DNA from: an uncultured delta proteobacterium
Lineage (GTDB): Bacteria; Desulfobacterota; RBG-13-43-22
DNA: 64,000 nt
Assembly: GCA_963790475.1 (NCBI GenBank)
Contig: CAWBOS010000012.1
Location: 1,184,001 to 1,248,000 of the forward strand
Reading direction: 5' to 3'
Of this stretch, positions 49,681 to 59,962 are shown in pieces. Each line of letters begins with the position of its first letter. The stretch's first letter is position 1. The notes under the pieces were generated by a model. The model ran no database searches. It was not told where the DNA came from and was given only the letters and a program-made list of their open reading frames with translations. The translations under genes were made by a program, and so were the position numbers.

Positions 49681-50003
49681 GGGAGAATGCCGCCTGAAAT
49701 CTTTGATCGGACCCTTTTATAAAGAGACAGGGACTCAATCGATAATCTACGAAAGGGATTTAAACTTATTGACTTTCCGACAATTAAAGGGTAGGAATTT
49801 CGTAGCAATCTAACCAAGCTTTCTTGTTGGCAACCTTTATCCGAAGGAAGTGTCGATGGAAGAAGATTAAACCCCATTTCTCAAAAGAGAGGTGGGGTTT
49901 TATATTTTTAGGAAAAGAAGGGATTATTTTCAAAAAGGTTGGGCCTTTTTCTTGTCTTAATCTCGTTCCGGCAAAAATCAACTTATATCAAAAGGAGGAT
50001 ACA

Positions 50004-51695
50004 GTGGCTGAGGATAAAAGGTGGTTGAAAAGCTATGATGAAGGAGTTCCGCACTCCCTGAAACCTTATCCGGAAATGACTCTGGTCGACTATGTGGATA
50101 AGGCGGTCAAGGAAAAACCCCAGGCCGATATGCTGATCTTCAAAAAACGGCATATGTCTTATATGGAAGTCAATAAGCTGAGTGATGAGTTTGCCGCGGC
50201 CCTGTTTAGGCTGGGTGTGAAAAAAGGCGACCGTGTGGCCCTGGTTATGCCCAATTGCCCCCAAGCCATCATCTGCCGCTGGGGTTCCTGGAAAGTCGGT
50301 GCCATCCTGGTGCACCTGAACCCCGTCTATACCGAGGCGGAGATGGAACACGCCCTGAAGGACTGTGGTGCCGAAACGGTAGTGGTGCTGACACCGTTTT
50401 ACCAGGGGATCAAGAAGCTTCAAGGCAAGACGGCGGTGAAAACTGTCATTGCCACCAGCATCAAGGAATACTTGCCACCCCTGTTAAAAGTACTCTTTAC
50501 CCTATTGAAGGAAAAGAAGGAAGGTCATTATATTGTCATTGAAAAGGATGATCTGTGGCTGCAGGATTTGATGAAAAAGCACGCCGGCGCCGAGCGGCCG
50601 AAGGTGGCCGTCAAGCCGGAAGACCCGGCCCTGATCCTGTTCAGCGGCGGCACTACCGGTCTGCCCAAGGGTGTAGTCGGCTCACATTTCTCCCAGGTGG
50701 CCACCGGCCTGCAATTCCAGGCCTGGGTAAAAAAATACATTGAGCCCTATAAAGATGTCTTGATCGCTGTGCTCCCGCTTTTTCATTCATTCGGGACTTA
50801 CGCCGTTATGTGCACTTCAGTCGTCAACGATATGCCGTTGGCGCTGGTGCCCAACCCCCGCGACCGTGATGACGTAATCGGGACCATCCAGTACACCAAG
50901 CCGGCCTTCTTCGTAGCGGTGCCGGCACTCTTCATTACCCTGATGGAGCACCCCAAGGTCAAGGCGGGCAAGGTCGATTTCAGGTCCATGAAGACCTGTT
51001 GCTCGGGTGCCGCTCCGCTTCTGGCCGAGACTAAAAAGCGCTTTGAGGACCTGACAGGCGGGCGCATCCTGGAGGGCTATGCCTTGACGGAGACCACCAT
51101 GGCCGCCTGCGTGGGGCCCTATATGGGCAAATACAAGGAAGGATCAGTAGGCCTGCCTCTGCCCGACGTGGCCGTGCGGATCGGCGATATCGAGACCGGT
51201 GAAGGAGAGCTCCCGCCGGGTCAAGAGGGCGAGATCGTTTTCAGCGCGCCGAACCTCATGTTGGGCTATTGGCAGAAACCGGAAGAGACCAAGGAGATGC
51301 TGCGAGACAACTGGCTGTACACTGGCGATGTGGGCTATATGGATGAGGACGGCTATGTCTTCATTACCTCACGTAAAAAAGATCTGATTAAACCCAGCGG
51401 TTTCCAGGTTTGGCCCCGAGAGGTGGAAGAGGTGATCAGTGCTCACCCGGCCGTAGCCGAGGCCAGTGTGGCCGGCATTCCCGACGCCAAACAGGGCGAG
51501 GCCGTCAAAGCCTGGGTCGTGCTCAAAGAGGGCAAATCAGCCACCGCCGAGGAAATTCAGGCCTGGTGCCGCGAGAAACTCGTGGCTTACAAAGTGCCCA
51601 AGACCGTGGAGTTCCGCAGCGAACTGCCCAAGACCATGGTGGGCAAGGTCCTGCGCAGGGTATTGGTAGAGGAAGAAAAGGGAAAGGCAAGATAA
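50004..51695 (+). CDS. Long-chain fatty acid-CoA ligase
   Basis: FSGGTTGLPKG, EGYALTE, YTGD, PKTMVGKVLRR. Confidence 0.92.
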   Translation: MAEDKRWLKSYDEGVPHSLKPYPEMTLVDYVDKAVKEKPQADMLIFKKRHMSYMEVNKLSDEFAAALFRLGVKKGDRVALVMPNCPQAIICRWGSWKVGAILVHLNPVYTEAEMEHALKDCGAETVVVLTPFYQGIKKLQGKTAVKTVIATSIKEYLPPLLKVLFTLLKEKKEGHYIVIEKDDLWLQDLMKKHAGAERPKVAVKPEDPALILFSGGTTGLPKGVVGSHFSQVATGLQFQAWVKKYIEPYKDVLIAVLPLFHSFGTYAVMCTSVVNDMPLALVPNPRDRDDVIGTIQYTKPAFFVAVPALFITLMEHPKVKAGKVDFRSMKTCCSGAAPLLAETKKRFEDLTGGRILEGYALTETTMAACVGPYMGKYKEGSVGLPLPDVAVRIGDIETGEGELPPGQEGEIVFSAPNLMLGYWQKPEETKEMLRDNWLYTGDVGYMDEDGYVFITSRKKDLIKPSGFQVWPREVEEVISAHPAVAEASVAGIPDAKQGEAVKAWVVLKEGKSATAEEIQAWCREKLVAYKVPKTVEFRSELPKTMVGKVLRRVLVEEEKGKAR

Positions 51696-51738
51696 CCGGA
51701 TGAAGGCAACCTAAGTACGAAAAGGAAGGAGATAGGAT

Positions 51739-52749
51739 ATGAAAGCAGCCGTCATGCACGGAGCAAGGGACATCAGGACCGAAACCGTACCCGATCCCGT
51801 TCTCGAACCCCATGGGGTGATTATCAAAGTGAAGGCTTGTGGTATTTGCGGGTCTGATCTTCACGTCTATAAACGCGATGGCCAGGAGGGGACCATCTTC
51901 GGGCACGAATTCAGCGGCGATGTGGTGGAATGCGGGTCTCAGGTGACGGGCATCTCACCGGGGATGCGCGTGACGGCTGTCGGATTCAAACCTTGCGGAA
52001 AATGTTTCTGGTGTTCCCAGGGAAAGGGATATCGTTGTTCCGACATGGCGCTTCTCGGCTATCAATTTCCAGGGGCCATGGCGGAATATGTCCATGTTCC
52101 TTTTGCCGCCTTCGGCCGCACCGTGTTCCCGCTGCCTGAGGAATTGACCTACGAAGATGGGGCGTCTGTTGAGCCCCTTTCCATTTCTTATTTTTCTGTC
52201 AGAAAAGCCCAGCCTAAGGAGAATGAATCCATTGCCGTCATCGGCTTGGGCGTCATCGGCCTGAATGCCGTCCAGGTGTTGAAAGCCATGGGGGTTTCTC
52301 AGATTCTGGCCAGCGGTCGCAGACCTTCTCGTCTGGAAGCCGCTAAAGCTTTCGGGGCCGAGATAGCCATTGACGCGGCTAAGGATGATGCCGTCAAAGC
52401 AGTAATAGAGGCAACAGGCAAAATGGGCGTCAATACGGTCATTGAATGTGTGGGTACCCAGGCAACCTTTGATCAGTCCGTCGCCATGGCCCGGGGCGGC
52501 GGAAAAATCATGCTGGTCGGGGTTTACGAGAAACCCCTCACCTGGAACCCCCAGCCCGTGATCTCCAAGAACCTCTCCCTCATCGGCTGTCTGGGAGGCA
52601 ACTTTCCGGCATCGATTGAGCTGCTCAAAAAGGACCAGGTTAACGCCAAGCCCCTGATCACCCATAGATTCTTATTGGATCAGGCCGCCGAGGCCTTCAA
52701 AGCACAGCTTCAGGACCCCGGTGCCATCAAGGTGATGATCAAACCCTAA
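51739..52749 (+). CDS. Zn-dependent MDR dehydrogenase
   Basis: CGICGSD, GHEFSG, CxxCxxC, GLGVIG. Confidence 0.92.
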   Translation: MKAAVMHGARDIRTETVPDPVLEPHGVIIKVKACGICGSDLHVYKRDGQEGTIFGHEFSGDVVECGSQVTGISPGMRVTAVGFKPCGKCFWCSQGKGYRCSDMALLGYQFPGAMAEYVHVPFAAFGRTVFPLPEELTYEDGASVEPLSISYFSVRKAQPKENESIAVIGLGVIGLNAVQVLKAMGVSQILASGRRPSRLEAAKAFGAEIAIDAAKDDAVKAVIEATGKMGVNTVIECVGTQATFDQSVAMARGGGKIMLVGVYEKPLTWNPQPVISKNLSLIGCLGGNFPASIELLKKDQVNAKPLITHRFLLDQAAEAFKAQLQDPGAIKVMIKP

Positions 52750-52856
52750 TGATACCCTGATCATGGGATCCTTTCTGAAAACCTTAAGAAAATAGGCGCT
52801 GTTTTAATTTTTGTTAGCGGTAGCTTATGAAAAATTAGGACAGAAAATTAAAGGAG

Positions 52857-53144
52857 ATGAGCATGGATGAAATATTTTTAAAAAAAGTTCGGGCTGCGGC
52901 AGTGGCTGGATGGTGGACTTTGTTAATTGCCTTTGGTATCCTGCTGATTCAATGGTTTGCTTATTTGCTGATTATGACCAATCAGCCGGCAGGAATGGGT
53001 TGCTTATGGGGTAAGGGCTTTACCTGGCCGGAAATCCGTACTATCTGGCTAAGGGCAATGGTGACCTATAAGTTCGTCGTCGGCATGATCTTATTTGTCG
53101 TCATCTGGCTGACACTTTGGGCAAGACAACTGGCAAAAAAATAA
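52857..53144 (+). CDS. Small membrane protein
   Basis: RBS; two hydrophobic segments. Confidence 0.65.
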   Translation: MSMDEIFLKKVRAAAVAGWWTLLIAFGILLIQWFAYLLIMTNQPAGMGCLWGKGFTWPEIRTIWLRAMVTYKFVVGMILFVVIWLTLWARQLAKK

Positions 53145-53230
53145 TAATGAACGTAGTGGATGAATAGCGGTTTCTTTATTTCAAAAAGTCTGAAAAACCG
53201 TAGGTCTTGGACAAAATCATCTTTGCCAAT

Positions 53231-54220
53231 TTATTCCTGTCGCTCTTTTTGCCAGGATAAAATAGTTTTCCCGATCCATTCATCGGCATTCAAAAGTATG
53301 GATAAATGATTTTCTTTTTTGATAATTTGGCTCACCGATTTTTTCTGTATCGCGCTTTCAGCATAGGTCGCATATTTGATCACTTTTTCAGGTGAAAACA
53401 AGTCATCATTGGCTCCAATAAACAAACCAAAAGGTTTATCTATTTTCTTGAACTGCTCCCGCGGATTATCCGGGGTCATTGATAAAGACATGTTGCGCGT
53501 AATGGATTTGAGAAGCAAAGGTTGTGCCGCCCGGATTTTCTCGGGATAATTAAAATAAACCGCTTGAGTGTTTCCAAAAAAGCGCCCACCGGAAATGGCC
53601 GATAGTATAAAAACCCATTTTTTGACGGAAACAAAGTAGTCTTTTGCGTTTTCACGGGCCGTGTCGGATTTATATCCAAATTGTGGTGAGACAAAGAAAT
53701 AGCCGTCAACCCCTTCTCTCTTATCCCAGACTGAATAATTTAATAACAGTCCGCCACCGGAAGAATGGCCGCCCAGAAATACAGGAATTCCCGGGTTGTT
53801 TCTTCGGACCATAGTGACAAATGGATTCAGATCTTTCCAGACCTGATCGACGGAAGGAGCGTCACCCCGTGGACCGCCGGAATTACCATGACCCCGCAGA
53901 TCAACAAGATATACGGAAGTTTGATATTTTTCACTCAACCCCTGGGCCAGATGTTGATAGCCGGCTCCACTATAGGCCCCCCCTCCATGGATAAATATCA
54001 AGGCGGCCACCGGTTTTGCCGGCGGAATTTTTGTATAATAGGCCAGATCAATTCCGTCAGAGGCTTTTAGAAATTGCGGTTTGTTCAGGAAAACCTTTGG
54101 CCCCTTCTGTATCTCCTCAAAAGATATCGGCCTTGGTTGTTCCTTGGATTTGCATCCACCCAGGAAGATCACTATCAGAAGAATAGGGAGAAATGGAATA
54201 ATAAGGCTTGCCTTGATCAT
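53231..54220 (-). CDS. Lysophospholipase-like alpha/beta hydrolase (lipoprotein)
   Basis: LGGC lipobox, DLRGHGNS, GHSSGG. Confidence 0.85.
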   Translation of the reverse strand: MIKASLIIPFLPILLIVIFLGGCKSKEQPRPISFEEIQKGPKVFLNKPQFLKASDGIDLAYYTKIPPAKPVAALIFIHGGGAYSGAGYQHLAQGLSEKYQTSVYLVDLRGHGNSGGPRGDAPSVDQVWKDLNPFVTMVRRNNPGIPVFLGGHSSGGGLLLNYSVWDKREGVDGYFFVSPQFGYKSDTARENAKDYFVSVKKWVFILSAISGGRFFGNTQAVYFNYPEKIRAAQPLLLKSITRNMSLSMTPDNPREQFKKIDKPFGLFIGANDDLFSPEKVIKYATYAESAIQKKSVSQIIKKENHLSILLNADEWIGKTILSWQKERQE

Positions 54221-54373
54221 GATTTATTTACTCTTTATTGTAATATTTTTAAAACCCGATTTTTGATAGATGTAAAACGGTCTTCATCTCTACCATGGCC
54301 CGGCCTCAATTTAAGAACAAATTAAAAATCCCAAATTAGGAAGAATCATCAACCTAATCATCAACCGCTTTTG

Positions 54374-55429
54374 TTACTTTAAAACATAATATACCGACCT
54401 TCCTGCACCCTCCGGCTTAATCACTTTGAGATCAACCAGCCTGGCTAATTCCTTATGAACCGCTTGGGCCGATATTTTAAAAAGTGTCTGCAAATCCTTA
54501 TTCGTGACTTTGCCGTAAGCGTTCATAAATTCAACAATCTTCATCTGCCTGTCGGTAAGAGTAATTGGCGCCTTCAAAGAGCGTTTTTTCTTGGAACCCA
54601 ATTTCAAGATCGCTTCCTTAACCTCGTTTACCGAATAGGTGACACCTGTTGTGAAATATTCGAGCCATTTAGTAGTATCGCCATCATTTTCCTGCACAGT
54701 CTTCAGAGCCGAATAATAGGCTGGCCTGTCCCGGTCATAAAAATCATCAAAGGCAAAAAGCCTGCGGTGATTAAACCCGCTTAAGTAGAGAATGAGTGCG
54801 GCCAATAGCCGGGACGTGCGGCCATTGCCGTCAATAAAAGGGTGGATCCTGGCAATTTCATAATGGGCGATTCCAGCCAGTAAGACTGGGTTTGTTTCCC
54901 AGGTTTGGTCAAGATTCAACCAGGCAATAAATTCTTTCACCAGATGAGGCACCTCCTCAGTCTTGGGGGGCCTATATACGACTTCTGATTTAAAGACGGT
55001 AGCATTAAAAACCCGTCTGCCCACAAAGACTTGTCGGTTACGAAAATCTCCGCTTTGGGTTTTGTCAGGCAAAACGTCTTTGGAAATCATCTTGTGAATA
55101 TTCAAAAGGTCTTCAACTTTGATTTTGCCATTTTCGGCAAAGGAATGAACGGTATCCAAGGCTTCAAGATAATTAAGCACCTCTTTTTTGTCTTTATCGG
55201 CAGCAATAATCTCCTTGCCTTCGGCCAGGGCCTCGACCTGCTCAAGAGTAAGTTGATTGCCTTCGATGGCGGTAGATGAATGGGTGTTACGAAGTTTAGC
55301 CTGCCTGCGCAGCGAGGCTTCCCATTTAGGCACCAGATGCGCTTGCTCGACAACTTCACGGGCCGAGGCAATAAGAGTGAGGTTATTGAGTATCTTTTCG
55401 GTTATGGTATATTTCGGATTAAAAGCCAA
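54374..55429 (-). CDS. Fic protein with C-terminal HTH
   Basis: SSTAIEGN inhibitory motif, HPFIDGNGRTSR; TTG start after GGAGAGG. Confidence 0.92.
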   Translation of the reverse strand: MAFNPKYTITEKILNNLTLIASAREVVEQAHLVPKWEASLRRQAKLRNTHSSTAIEGNQLTLEQVEALAEGKEIIAADKDKKEVLNYLEALDTVHSFAENGKIKVEDLLNIHKMISKDVLPDKTQSGDFRNRQVFVGRRVFNATVFKSEVVYRPPKTEEVPHLVKEFIAWLNLDQTWETNPVLLAGIAHYEIARIHPFIDGNGRTSRLLAALILYLSGFNHRRLFAFDDFYDRDRPAYYSALKTVQENDGDTTKWLEYFTTGVTYSVNEVKEAILKLGSKKKRSLKAPITLTDRQMKIVEFMNAYGKVTNKDLQTLFKISAQAVHKELARLVDLKVIKPEGAGRSVYYVLK

Positions 55430-55594
55430 TGGTTGCCTCTCCAATCTACAAAGGCTCTCTATGCGAATTCTCAACTATCAATTTTTGCCTTAAAAAGGGC
55501 CATATAGGCCTAAAATAAGCCCTCTTGCTAAATAATTATCAGGTATTCTGACCAGTTCGCGTGGCCCGCCCCCAAATTAACAATCTGGATCTTC

Positions 55595-55765
55595 CTAAAT
55601 TTCTGCTGCCCTTAGTTTTGTCCTTATTTCTTTTTCTCGCTCATCTAAGATAATCCGATTGAACTCATTTATTTCTTCCAGCCATCGTAGTTTTTCTTCG
55701 GTGGAAAGTTTCAAATATTCGATTATCTTCTCCTCTTCGAGGGTATATTGAAATCCTTTTTTCAT
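55595..55765 (-). CDS. 56-aa partner of the nucleotidyltransferase
   Basis: ATGA overlap with the upstream stop; MKKGFQYTLE...LSTEEKLRWLEE. Confidence 0.65.
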   Translation of the reverse strand: MKKGFQYTLEEEKIIEYLKLSTEEKLRWLEEINEFNRIILDEREKEIRTKLRAAEI

Positions 55766-56262
55766 TTTATTTCCCCAAGATACTTTCTGACTTTTTTCAG
55801 CATTTTTATATCACTGGCATCTTGAATTCTTCCGCTGAATTCCTTGGTCTTTATAAGGTCATTTATGGATGCCAGATAAATCTCAAAATCCTTGACTTTC
55901 TTCACGGTTTTGTTCTTAAACGATTCTTCAAAATGGAGCGGGTGGACGAGCAGGATGTCGATCACCTTATAGTTGTCTTGCTTATGATAAAAACTGAAGG
56001 CTTTAAGATTTCTGTTTTCAATCCAGTCTTTCACTTTCTCAGAATCAGTCAGGTCCTTCGGATTCACCGGCAACCGGGGAGTATAACCAAGATACTTCAG
56101 TACTTCGTTAATTTTAATAATATTTGATTTTCTCGTTGAAATAATAAGGTCAATATCTTGAGTCAATCGCGGTACACCGTAAAGGTTAACCGCAAGCCCA
56201 CCAACAATAAGATATCGCACCTTTTTCTTATACAAGGCCTCCAGAATTTCAAAATAATACAT
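55762..56262 (-). CDS. Nucleotidyltransferase (MNT/DUF6036-like)
   Basis: YLIVGGLAV..G.PRLTQDIDL...GRIQDASDI. Confidence 0.82.
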   Translation of the reverse strand: MYYFEILEALYKKKVRYLIVGGLAVNLYGVPRLTQDIDLIISTRKSNIIKINEVLKYLGYTPRLPVNPKDLTDSEKVKDWIENRNLKAFSFYHKQDNYKVIDILLVHPLHFEESFKNKTVKKVKDFEIYLASINDLIKTKEFSGRIQDASDIKMLKKVRKYLGEIK

Positions 56263-56513
56263 TTAATGCTGCCCCATTTTTTATTTGTTTTTTACCCTCA
56301 ATCATATCTTTTAGAATTTCTAACCACCGATTTATTACTTCAAAAAGTGTGATATAGATCTTTTTAAAGCTCGTTTTATTAACGGCCTTGAAATGATTTT
56401 GATCTGTTGACGTGGCCCGACCCCAGATTCATTTCATTCGCGCCTTTTGACCGAAAGTATACCCGACCCCTCTTTCGGCAGAGAGTCTTTCCCTCTAACC
56501 ATCCATAGCCGTT

Positions 56514-57668
56514 CTAAAATGGGATATCGTCTTCGGGGAAAGGACCCTTAGTCTGCTCAGCTTCTTTGAAATTATTCCATTGCTCAGCAAACGGCTTCAT
56601 CCATGGATTCTCAAGGCTTTGCGTTCCATCCTCTTTATACTCTAAAAATGAGTGGAGAGCATTATAGAACCTCTTGTCCCCTTCCTTGAGTCCCCGTTTG
56701 ACAGCAGCCTGAAACATCCAGTTTGGTTTCTGCAGAACCTTTGATATCTCATCGAACAAGTACTGGAAGACACAGTCCTGTTCATACGTGTCTGAACTAC
56801 TGAGCTTTTCTATACAGGCATCCGCTGTTTCCTGCTTTAGAAGAAAGTATCTTGCCCTCCCTCTTGCCCATGTTCCCAAAGCCCCCTTTAGGCACTTGTT
56901 TTGGCTTATGTCGTAGGAGCCAATTTTTATGGACTTGATAATCATATTCTCTGCACGCATTCTGCTAATTTCATCAAGTCTGGACCAGTATTCCATCGGA
57001 AAAGCCTGCATTAATGTGTAGATCGGTTTGTCCTCATCAGTGATTCTCAATTCCTCAGAGATGACTTTATAAAGTTCGGTGATTTCCTCATCTATCATCC
57101 GTTTCAACAAGGCGTTCACAAAATACTTTATCTTATTGAATTGACCTTCTCTCTGCCTAAAAACCTTTATCATGACGTCGAGCCGCTTACGGGGCGGAAC
57201 TTGCTCTGCCAACAGGGCGCCGTATCTATCTTTTTCGACGAAGTCCGGATCAAACACCAGTTTAAGAAAGCTGGACTCTGAGAATTGTGTCCTAGATTGA
57301 TCGATTATTCCTATCAACCAGTTGACGAATATAATGATTGAATCAGCGTCGATAACTTTATCGCTGTATTTCTCGTGGCTTCTTGGATTACGAATAGCCT
57401 TAATGATTCCGCGCAGTATTTGTTCCAACCCCTCTTGAACATTCCAATCCGATTCGGTCTGAAGGCTATTCACTTTCAGTCTAGGTTGTTTTCCTCCGAA
57501 AGCCTGACCGATGAGGGCCACGCCATCACTTTCTATCCCTGTTTTATCTCTAATAAGGTCGTTCAGGAAGTAGATACTATCAAGGATGGATGACGTATAC
57601 CTACTGTTTTCGTAGTTCTCTCTAATGGTCTGCCAGAGTCTCTCGTCAATCCTAGTTTCCAAATTCAT
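56514..57668 (-). CDS. TIGR02391-like protein (possible Abi/defence)
   Basis: DGVALIGQAFG, QEG, AIRNPRSH (RxxxxH). Confidence 0.72.
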   Translation of the reverse strand: MNLETRIDERLWQTIRENYENSRYTSSILDSIYFLNDLIRDKTGIESDGVALIGQAFGGKQPRLKVNSLQTESDWNVQEGLEQILRGIIKAIRNPRSHEKYSDKVIDADSIIIFVNWLIGIIDQSRTQFSESSFLKLVFDPDFVEKDRYGALLAEQVPPRKRLDVMIKVFRQREGQFNKIKYFVNALLKRMIDEEITELYKVISEELRITDEDKPIYTLMQAFPMEYWSRLDEISRMRAENMIIKSIKIGSYDISQNKCLKGALGTWARGRARYFLLKQETADACIEKLSSSDTYEQDCVFQYLFDEISKVLQKPNWMFQAAVKRGLKEGDKRFYNALHSFLEYKEDGTQSLENPWMKPFAEQWNNFKEAEQTKGPFPEDDIPF

Positions 57669-57777
57669 TCATAACCCCCCTTTCCATCCAAAACGGTATG
57701 CCGAATTATAAAAATCAGGAAATCAAAACCTTAGTTCCTTGCCCACAGACACAAACAGGCAAATACTTCTGGCCGTT

Positions 57778-57830
57778 CTGTGCAAGTTATTTTATGGTTT
57801 CTGAATGTATTCCCAACCCCAAAAGTTATA
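57778..57830 (-). promoter_or_regulatory. attI-like module, degenerate copy C
   Basis: AAGTTATTTTATGGTTTCTGAATGTATTCCCAACCCC resembles copies A and B. Confidence 0.45.
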
Positions 57831-58022
57831 TTAGAGTCGCATAGCAAATAATTTTGGTTTACCAGCCCAGCCTCCAATGTTTTATTTTATCATATCATTC
57901 TTAAACTATTATAAATAATTATAAGCCCTTAAGCGGTCTATTACAATAATTTAATTTTTGCCTTTTTAATGAATTATCATTTCTAGAATTTTAGATAGAA
58001 AAAGCAGAATTTTTGGTGTTGT

Positions 58023-58868
58023 TCAAATCACTTCTTGAAACATCTCGTCGGACAGTTGTCCCTCAGCGATACGGGTTACGGGTCCGGTCATGGTAACAGC
58101 GAAGTTTTCATCGATGGTGATGTGGAGTTGGCCGCCGGGCATATGGACGGTGATAGGGGAATCACAGAGCCCGAGCTTTCGGGCCACGGCCGCGGCAGCA
58201 CTGCTGCTGCTGCCTGAGGCCAGGGTGTAGCCCGCACCCCGCTCCCAGATCTCGATCCGGATATTGTGACGATCCAGCACTTTTAAAAACTGCACATTGG
58301 TGCGATTGGGGAACATAGGGTGAACTTCCAAAAGAGGGCCGTAGCTTTTGGCTAACTCCGGGGTAAGGTTCTCGACTTGGATGACACAATGGGGGTTGCC
58401 GATGGTTGCCCCGTTGAAAAGAAAGGTCGTCTCGATAATGGTGATCGGCTCCTGCAGGACCTCCCGGGGCTTTCCGGGAACGGGGATATCGGGGCTCCAA
58501 AAGCTTACCCGGCCCATCTCCACCTGGACCTGCCTACCGGCATCCAACACCAGGCATTGGACCAGGCCTCCCTTGGTTTCAATAGGGAAGGATTGTTTAT
58601 TAACGAGTTTCCGGTCCCAGAGATAGCGGCAAAAGATACGCAAGCCATTGCCGCTCTTTTCCGCCTCACTCCCATCGGGGTTGAAGATACGAAGCGAAAA
58701 AGGGGCTTTTTGAGAGGGCAGGGGACCTAATAGAATTCCATCGGAGCCGAGGCCATAGTTTCGGTGGCAGATGATCCTTATCCGGTCCTGAGTAAGATCA
58801 AGGGGCTGATCCTGGGGATCCAGGACTATATAATCATTGCCCAGGGCATGGTATTTGTAGAATTTCAT
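58023..58868 (-). CDS. dapF: Diaminopimelate epimerase
   Basis: KYHALGNDY, GSDG, NPDGSEAEKSGNG, GNPH, WERGAGYTLASGS. Confidence 0.9.
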   Translation of the reverse strand: MKFYKYHALGNDYIVLDPQDQPLDLTQDRIRIICHRNYGLGSDGILLGPLPSQKAPFSLRIFNPDGSEAEKSGNGLRIFCRYLWDRKLVNKQSFPIETKGGLVQCLVLDAGRQVQVEMGRVSFWSPDIPVPGKPREVLQEPITIIETTFLFNGATIGNPHCVIQVENLTPELAKSYGPLLEVHPMFPNRTNVQFLKVLDRHNIRIEIWERGAGYTLASGSSSSAAAAVARKLGLCDSPITVHMPGGQLHITIDENFAVTMTGPVTRIAEGQLSDEMFQEVI

Positions 58869-58947
58869 CGATTTCATGCTGAACAATAATTTTTCGAATT
58901 GAGCGACTGATAGGCAAGATTTTCTATTTGCCGGCCCGATGATGTTA

Positions 58948-59358
58948 TTAGGCCACAGGATATGGCAATAACTTTAATCCGGCAATAAAATGATAATCGC
59001 GATGGTTCTTTGAAATGAATGGTTGATTCAAAACCAAGGCGGTAGCGGCTATCAGCGCATCCGGTATCAACAAACCGTGACTCAGCCGATATTGACGAAT
59101 TAGTTTTATCGTAACATCGCTGATGGCTTCATTTAGTTTGATAATTTGGAAACGTTGGAGAAAACGTTCGGTGTTGCGTAGCTCGACTTTATTCCGACAG
59201 CCGACAATTATCTCCATTGGGGTTATTGCGCCAACGGCCAATACGGATTGCTGTTCAATTTGAGCCGGGCAATCGATTGCCACGTTGATCTGCAAGGCCG
59301 CATCAATCAGAATATCGGTATCAATGATCGTCAAGCTATTCAGGCGCTGCGTTTCCAT
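58948..59358 (-). CDS. PIN-domain VapC toxin
   Basis: IIDTDILID, PDALIAATA. Confidence 0.88.
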   Translation of the reverse strand: METQRLNSLTIIDTDILIDAALQINVAIDCPAQIEQQSVLAVGAITPMEIIVGCRNKVELRNTERFLQRFQIIKLNEAISDVTIKLIRQYRLSHGLLIPDALIAATALVLNQPFISKNHRDYHFIAGLKLLPYPVA

Positions 59359-59582
59359 TCTTCCTTACGCAGACTTCGCACCCAGGCTGCGCCATCTTTG
59401 ATATCTTCCCGCCCTCGCCACATTCCAATGAAAGGCTCATCGGACAACTTGATTCGTCTCGTTTTCCCGGAAGATTGTTTCGTGGGGTAACGGACTTTCA
59501 AAAAGGCTACAAAGTCGATAACTTCTTTCTGGGCTTCAGGCGGTAACGATGCTATCTCTCGAACGATATTGGCAGTTTCCAT
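59340..59582 (-). CDS. DUF2281-like antitoxin
   Basis: LPPEAQKEVIDFVAFL...FIGMW. Confidence 0.8.
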   Translation of the reverse strand: METANIVREIASLPPEAQKEVIDFVAFLKVRYPTKQSSGKTRRIKLSDEPFIGMWRGREDIKDGAAWVRSLRKEEWKRSA

Positions 59583-59962
59583 TTCTTAACTCCTTTCCGC
59601 TAATAATAATATCCGTGGCCGCCTGTCAGTTGAATTCCTGTGCCATCAGCGCCAAGGGGCCATCGGGGTGAAGACACATTTTCCTATGATTGATCTAGTT
59701 AATATTTTTTGCATATCTGCCGGTTTGTGTCAACTTATTTAGGAAGAGGGGGTGGGCCACGTCAAGGAGTTGAGATTTATTGACCAATGTCCCGGCAAGA
59801 ACTGGTTACAACCTCTTTCCCTTTGTTTTTGACCCCTAATGATCTCTTTTAGAATTCCCAATTATCGCTTTTGTGTTTGAGAGGCGCGATATAGGGTTAA
59901 AAAGCCCCTTCGTTGAATAATTGTCGTGTTATTTTATTCAGTTCTTGTGGCCCCCTCCCTCA

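Noticed and set aside
49820-49865. SRP (4.5S) RNA suggested by CCGAAGGAAG
   Set aside because: Lacks the conserved CAGG and AGCAG internal-loop strands
56493-56517. Collapsed attC after the TIGR02391-like gene
   Set aside because: Only core-like heptamers; no L-box stem
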